Assembly: GCA_964016885.1 (NCBI GenBank)
Contig: OZ024754.1
Coordinates: 1,302,001 to 1,366,000 of the forward strand
Reading direction: 5' to 3'
Length of the DNA: 64,000 bases
From: Eledone cirrhosa
Taxonomy: Eukaryota
A program made the position numbers and the translations under genes. Below, one piece after another: positions 57,161-64,000 of this stretch; the first letter of the stretch is position 1; the number at the start of each line of letters is the position of its first letter. The notes under the pieces were generated by a model. That model made no database searches. It worked only from the letters and a program-made list of their open reading frames with translations, and was not told the DNA's origin.

Positions 57161-57689
57161 CACATATACGTGTGTAAATATATTAATCCATAGAAAAAAC
57201 CCCAAAGAAATCCTCCCTAATCCTGTTCTGTAAACCAATGAATTGATAAGGACCAGAGGTTTAACAAAATAACATCTAAGGGAGAGAGATAACCAGAAGA
57301 ACCTGGTTCTTGGTCTCTTTGTTTCAGATTGATTGGTGTAGGTGTGTGTGTGTGTTTGCGTGACTATTTGCCTGTGTGTATGTGTGTGTGTGTCTGTGCA
57401 TGAGTGTTTGTGTGTGTGTGTGAGTCTGTGTGTGTGTGTCTGCATGACTATTTATCTGTGTGTGTGTGGCTGCAACACTTGATCCATGTTAAATAGTAAA
57501 TTCTCAGGTAGCTAAGAAAAAAAGGTAATATCTCTAATATTAAGTAGTTGTCACGACACCTGTGACTTCTTCGTCTTGATAACACGGATCTGTAGTAAAC
57601 GTGACCTACTGTATGGCAGACGACATCTCGTCTGCTTCATCTCAACTATTATTCTATCATATCTTGCTGCACACACAATAACTTGCTTA

Positions 57690-57732
57690 AAAGATTGGCA
57701 TTTCTGAATCTTAACACTTCCTCTCTCTCCAT

Positions 57733-57772
<40 letters not shown>

Positions 57773-57854
57773 TCTCTCTCTCTCCCCCTCTCTCTCTCCC
57801 CTCCATATCACCTCTCCCCCTCTCCCCTCTCCCTCTCTCCATCCCACCTCTCCC

Positions 57855-57891
<37 letters not shown>

Positions 57892-57943
57892 ACATATATA
57901 AAAGATTGGCATTTCTGAATCTTAACACTTACTCTCTCTCCAT

Positions 57944-57993
<50 letters not shown>

Positions 57994-58050
57994 TCACCTC
58001 TCTCCCTCCCACCTCTCCCTCTCTCCATCCCACCTCTCTCTCTCTCTCTA
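57690..58050. repeat. ~210 bp tandem duplication containing (CT)n
   Basis: aaagattggcatttctgaatcttaacactt at ~57691 and ~57901, each followed by ccatcccacc and ccatatcacc motifs. Confidence 0.8.
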
Positions 58051-58137
58051 TATATATACACATATATATGTGTATATATACTATTGTCTTCTATCTGACT
58101 GTCAATATATCTACCTTCCTCTGTCTTCCTCATCTCT

Positions 58138-58172
<35 letters not shown>

Positions 58173-58214
58173 ACACACACACACATATATAAACACACAT
58201 ATATATATATATAA

Positions 58215-58245
<31 letters not shown>

Positions 58246-58455
58246 AACATATATATATATATATACACACACACATACAATATAGTTGTTATGTGTGTGT
58301 TTTACTGTCTTCCCATGTAAACAGTTAAGACAAGAGACACGGTTTGTCTGTGTGAAACATTTGTTTAGTGGTCTAAAACAGTCGTTATAGAACAATAGCT
58401 CCTAGTATGTATTAGATTGATGTTGAAGAGGTAGTGGCGGCAGATCTTATGGTGG

Positions 58456-59160
58456 GGTCGTGTACTAGTTTTATAGGTGAAGGTCGTACTTGAGTTGGTC
58501 TTTCTCTGATTATAGTAGTTTTGTAGGTGAAGGTCGTACTTGTGTTGGTCTTTCTCTGATTGTAGTAGTTTTGTAGGTGAAGGTCGTACTTGTGTTGGTC
58601 TTTCTCTGATTGTAGTAGTTTTGTAGGTGAAGGTCGTACTTGTGTTGGTCTTTCTCTGATTGTAGTAGTTTTGTAGGTGAAGGTCGTACTTGTGTTGGTC
58701 TTTCTGTGATTGTAGTAGTTACATAGGTGAAGGTCGTACTTGTGTTGGTCTTTCTCTCATTGTAGTAGTTTTGTAGGTGAAGGTCGTACTTGTGTTGGTC
58801 TTTCTGTGATTGTAGTAGTTACATAGGTGAAGGTCGTACTTGTGTTGGTCTTTCTCTCATTGTAGTAGTTTTGTAGGTGAAGGTCGTACTTGTGTTGGTC
58901 TTTCTCTGATTGTAGTAGTTTTGTAGGTGAAGGTCGTACTTGTGTTGGTCTTTCTCTGATTGTAGTAGTTTTGTAGGTGAAGGTCGTACTTGTGTTGGTC
59001 TTTCTCTGATTGTAGTAGTTACATAGGTGAAGGTCGTACTTGTGTTGGTCTTTCTCTGATTGTAGTAGTTTTGTAGGTGAAGGTCGTACTTGTGTTGGTC
59101 TTTCTCTGATTGTAGTAGTTACATAGGTGAAGGTCGCTGGTCTTTCTCTCATTGTAGTAG
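58456..59160. repeat. 50 bp tandem repeat, ~14 copies
   Basis: Unit tagtagttttgtaggtgaaggtcgtacttgtgttggtctttctctgattg, with a ttacatagg variant. Confidence 0.95.
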
Positions 59161-59247
59161 TAACGATGGAGTATCCGTTATTTTCGTCAAAGGGAATTCA
59201 TTTTCTCAATGAACTGAATGTTCTACTGATTAAGTCAATGTGTATGT

Positions 59248-59484
59248 GAGTTCGATTCTCGGACCGGGAGGAGGGAGGGGGCTGATGCGTTGTGTCCTTG
59301 AGCAAGACACTTTATTTTCACGTTGCTCCAGTTTACTCTGCTGTAGAAATGAGTTTCAACGTCACTGGTTCCAAGCTGTATCGGCCATTGCCTTTCCCTT
59401 GGACAACATCGGTGGCGTGGTGAAGGGGAGGCTGGTATGTATGGGCGACTGCTGGTCTTCCATGAACAAATTTGCACAGACTTT
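59248..59484 (+). mobile_element. SINE family 2, B-box onward
   Basis: gagttcgattc..tgtgtccttgagcaagacactttattttcacgttgctcc is shared with the 54063 copy. Confidence 0.75.
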
Positions 59485-59819
59485 TCTCTCATTCTCTACC
59501 CATCCTTTGGTGAAATCTACTGCGTTCAGACTAGACGCCCGGTTTAGACACAAAAATGCTCCAGAAAGGCCATATGTGATTATGGCACTCCCACGACTCC
59601 CTCGGAAGCCATGGGCCAATACGTACACACACTAGAAGTCACCTATGCAAGTTACCTCATTTATTAACAATCCCGTTGAATCGTTTATTTATTCTCATAA
59701 GATACACCCACCAAGATTATTTCCAAGCCCACAGCTACACCGTTATTTTTTCCATTACATTATTGGGTATTTTCCTTTCTACTGTTAATTATTAATTAAT
59801 ATTATACATATAATATAAT

Positions 59820-59848
59820 TTATATATATATATATATGTATATATATG

Positions 59849-59885
<37 letters not shown>

Positions 59886-59940
59886 GTATATATATGTATA
59901 TATATATATATATATATGTATATGATTATATATGTATATG

Positions 59941-59971
<31 letters not shown>

Positions 59972-60056
59972 GTATATGTATATATATATGTATATGTATA
60001 TGTATATATATATGTATATATATATGTATATATATATGTATATATATATGTATATA

Positions 60057-60103
<47 letters not shown>

Positions 60104-60179
60104 GTATATATATATGTATATATATATGTATATATATATGTATATGTATATGTATATATATATGTATATGTATATGTAT

Positions 60180-60235
<56 letters not shown>

Positions 60236-60300
60236 GTATATGTATATATATATGTATATATATATATGTATATGTATATATATATGTATATGTATATATA

Positions 60301-60335
<35 letters not shown>

Positions 60336-60529
60336 ATATGTATATGTATATGTATATATATATGTATATGTATATATATATGTATATGTATATATATATG
60401 TATATGTATATATATATGTATATGTATATATATATGTATATATATATGTATATGTATATATATATGTATATATATATGTATATGTATATATATGTATATG
60501 TATATGTATATATATATGTATATGTATAT

Positions 60530-60563
<34 letters not shown>

Positions 60564-60844
60564 GTATATGTATATATATATGTATATGTATATGTATGTA
60601 TATGTATATATATATGTATATGTATATATATATGTATATGTATATGTATATGTATATATGTATATGTATATGTATGTATATATGTATATGTATGTATATA
60701 TATATGTATATGTATATATATATATGTATATATATATGTATATATATATGTATATGTATATATATATGTATATATATATGTATATATATATGTATATATA
60801 TATGTATATGTATATGTATATATATATGTATATGTATATATATG

Positions 60845-60881
<37 letters not shown>

Positions 60882-61196
60882 GTGTATATATATATGTGTA
60901 TATATATATGTATATATGTATATATGTATATATATATATGTGTATATATATATGTATATATGTATATATATATATATGTGTATATGTATATATGTATATA
61001 TATATATATATGTGTATATGTATATATGTATGTATATATATATATATGTGTATATGTATATATGTATGTATATATATATATATGTGTATATGTATATATG
61101 TATGTATATATATATATATATGTGTATATATGTATGTATATATATATATATGTGTATATATGTATGTATATATATATATATGTGTATATATATATG

Positions 61197-61227
<31 letters not shown>

Positions 61228-61308
61228 GTGTATATGTATATATGTATGTATATATATATATGTGTATATGTATATATGTATGTATATATATATATGTGTA
61301 TATATATG

Positions 61309-61341
<33 letters not shown>

Positions 61342-61390
61342 GTATGTATATATATATGTATGTATATATATATGTGTATATATATATGTA

Positions 61391-61424
<34 letters not shown>

Positions 61425-61455
61425 TATGTATATATATGTGTATATGTATATATAG
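59820..61455. repeat. (TA)nTG array
   Basis: Direct reading. Confidence 0.95.
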
Positions 61456-62032
61456 ATAGGTAGATATGTATAGATTTTGTTTCCTTTCAGGCAGGTAAGT
61501 AAAGTTTCGTCAAAAATACTGATTCGGCAATTAGAAAAGAAACTCTGATCATAATGAAAGTTACTCAGACGGAGGGAAATAAAGAAGACGAGATCTAAAC
61601 GGAGACAAGATATTGTTTGAAGTATATTAAAACTGTTTAATAGAAATGTGTAGAAGCAAATATAACAAATACAACAAATACAACAGACAAAATAATGAGG
61701 AATAATATGACGGGAGTTTGGAAAGATGAAAAGAGATCGATGCCCTTACAACTGAACAGATCTTTAAAAACTATCTAATGAAATTGCGTAAGTGATTTAT
61801 TTATTTGCTTAAGTATTTATTTATATAATTAAATTAATTAATTAAATAATTAATTATTTCAAAGTTTTCTGTCTTGGCTTGTGGCGGCATATATATTTCG
61901 ACGTTTCGATTGATTTTCTACCCGAATATCATCATCTTCACCATCATCATCATCATCATCATCGTCGTCGTCGTCGTCACTATTATCTTCATGATGTTCA
62001 CCTAATTTCTTTAATATTAATGTTGGTTCAGC

Positions 62033-62935
62033 TGCTAACCATTTGCTAACGATTTTTTAACCATTTGCTAACTATTTGCTAACCATTTGCTAACCATTTG
62101 GTAACCATTTGGTAACCATTTGCTAGCTATTTGCTAGCCATTTGCTAACTATTTGCTAGCTATTTGGTAACCATTTGGTAACCATTTGCTAACCATTTGG
62201 TAACCATTTGCTAGCTATTTGCTAACCATTTGCTAGCTATTTGCTAACCATTTGCTAACCATTTGCTAACCATTTGGTAACCATTTGCTAGCTATTTGCT
62301 AACCATTTGCTAGCTATTTTCTACCCATTTGCTAGCCATTTGCTAACCATTTGCTAACCATTTGGTAACCATTTGCTAGCTATTTGCTAGCCATTTGCTA
62401 ACTATTTGCTAGCTATTTGGTAACCATTTGGTAACCATTTGCTAACCATTTGCTAACCATTTGGTAACCATTTGCTAGCTATTTGCTAACCATTTGCTAG
62501 CTATTTGCTAACCATTTGCTAACCATTTGCTAACCATTTGGTAACCATTTGCTAGCTATTTGCTAGCTATTTGCTAGCCATTTGCTAACCATTTGCTAGC
62601 CATTTGCTAGCCATTTGCTAACCATTTGGTAACCATTTGCTAGCTATTTGCTAGCCATTTGCTAACCATTTGCTAGCTATTTGCTAGCCATTTGCTAACC
62701 ATTTGCTAACCATTTGCTAGCCATTTGCTAACCATTTGCTAGCCATTTGCTAACCATTTGCTAGCCATTTGCTAGCCATTTGCTAACCATTTGCTAACCA
62801 TTTGCTAGCCATTTGCTAACCATTTGCTAGCTATTTGCTAGCCATTTGCTAACCATTTGCTAACCATTTGCTAACCATTTGCTAGCCATTTGCTAGCCAT
62901 TTGCTAGCCATTTGCTAACCATTTGCTAGCCATTT
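62033..62935. repeat. 11 bp minisatellite, ~80 units
   Basis: Units TAACCATTTGC, TAGCCATTTGC, TAGCTATTTGC and TAACCATTTGG. Confidence 0.95.
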
Positions 62936-63247
62936 CTCATTCCCAACCTTCTCCAGATTTTAGTTGGAAAGAAGAAAAAAAAAAATAAGCGAAAGTTTTT
63001 CTAAATTGAAAATAATGTCAGGAGTTGGAGTTGTATTTATTGCTAGGAACGTGTTAACATCGAATCCGAAGGACAAGTCTTCGGCCATTGGGTAATACAA
63101 ACATTATTAATGAATTCTATTAATTAGAGCTTCGTACAACAAGCTTCGCAGCATAGTTATGTATCTATATGTATGTATGTATGTGCGTATATATATATAA
63201 TAATAATAAGGGTTGACGGACCCAGCATATTTATCAATATATATATA

Positions 63248-63370
63248 TAGGAAAAGAGTCAGGACGTCAACGGCTGAGCTCCGGCCGTTTCGACAGCTAG
63301 ATCCTAACTAGAGTACTGTAGTTCGGGTCTAGCTGTCGAAACGGGCGGAGCTCAGCCGTCGGATCCTGTA
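63248..63370. mobile_element. Family A (variant) fold-back element in (TA)n
   Basis: Imperfect ~55 bp inverted arms centred near 63315. Confidence 0.7.
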
Positions 63371-63372
63371 AA

Positions 63373-63437
63373 ATATATATATATATATATATAAGTATAT
63401 ATATAAGTATATATATATATATAAGTATATATATAAG

Positions 63438-63473
<36 letters not shown>

Positions 63474-63539
63474 AGTATATATATATATATATATAAGTAT
63501 ATATATAAGTATATATATATATATAAGTATATATATAAG

Positions 63540-63573
<34 letters not shown>

Positions 63574-64000
63574 AGTATATATATATATATAAGTATATAT
63601 ATATAAGTATATATATATAAGTATATATATATATATATAAGTATATATATATATATATAAGTATATATATATATATATAAGTATATATATATATATATAA
63701 GTATATATATATATATATAAGTATATATATATATATATAAGTATATATATATATATAAGTATATATATATATATAAGTATATATATATATATATGTATAT
63801 ATATAAGTATATATATATATATATGTATATATATGTATATATATATATGTATATATATATATATGTATATATATGTATATATATATATGTATATATATGT
63901 ATATATATATATATATATGTATATGTATATATATGTATATATATATATGTGTATATATATATATGTATATATATATATGTATGTATATATATATGTATAT
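63373..64000. repeat. (TA)nAG then (TA)nTG array, running off the window end
   Basis: Direct reading. Confidence 0.95.

Noticed and set aside
58456-59160. CRISPR-like appearance of regular repeats (also 31355-31525)
   Set aside because: Head-to-tail units with no unique spacers and no cas genes, in a eukaryotic context.
62033-62935. Telomeric (TAACC) or octamer array
   Set aside because: The unit is 11 bp, not tandem TTAGG/TTAGGG, and ATTTGCTA is not the ATTTGCAT octamer.

Overview
AT-rich eukaryotic DNA saturated with microsatellites. The SINE types and repeat landscape suggest a cephalopod (Octopus-like) genome; this is an inference from recalled repeat families. No host protein-coding gene can be supported, and nearly all listed ORFs are artefacts of simple repeats. 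The real coding remnants are all retroelement pieces: three Penelope-like element (PLE) GIY-YIG endonuclease fragments (two Naiad-type) and a CR1/L2 3' end. Also present are about 15 tRNA-derived SINE copies, three Tc1/mariner MITEs, four minisatellites (9, 11, 15 and 50 bp units) and kb-scale (TA)n-type arrays. The most notable signal is a dense set of short non-coding elements, mostly sitting in or beside (TA)n tracts. They belong to at least 7 apparently unrelated families and carry complete, partial or degenerate type I hammerhead ribozyme (HHR) motifs (more than 20 by eye). Many are fold-back palindromes whose turn point lies in or just upstream of the hammerhead, and several share an unusual U.U pair at the base of helix II. 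All motif and structure calls were made by eye and none was computed.
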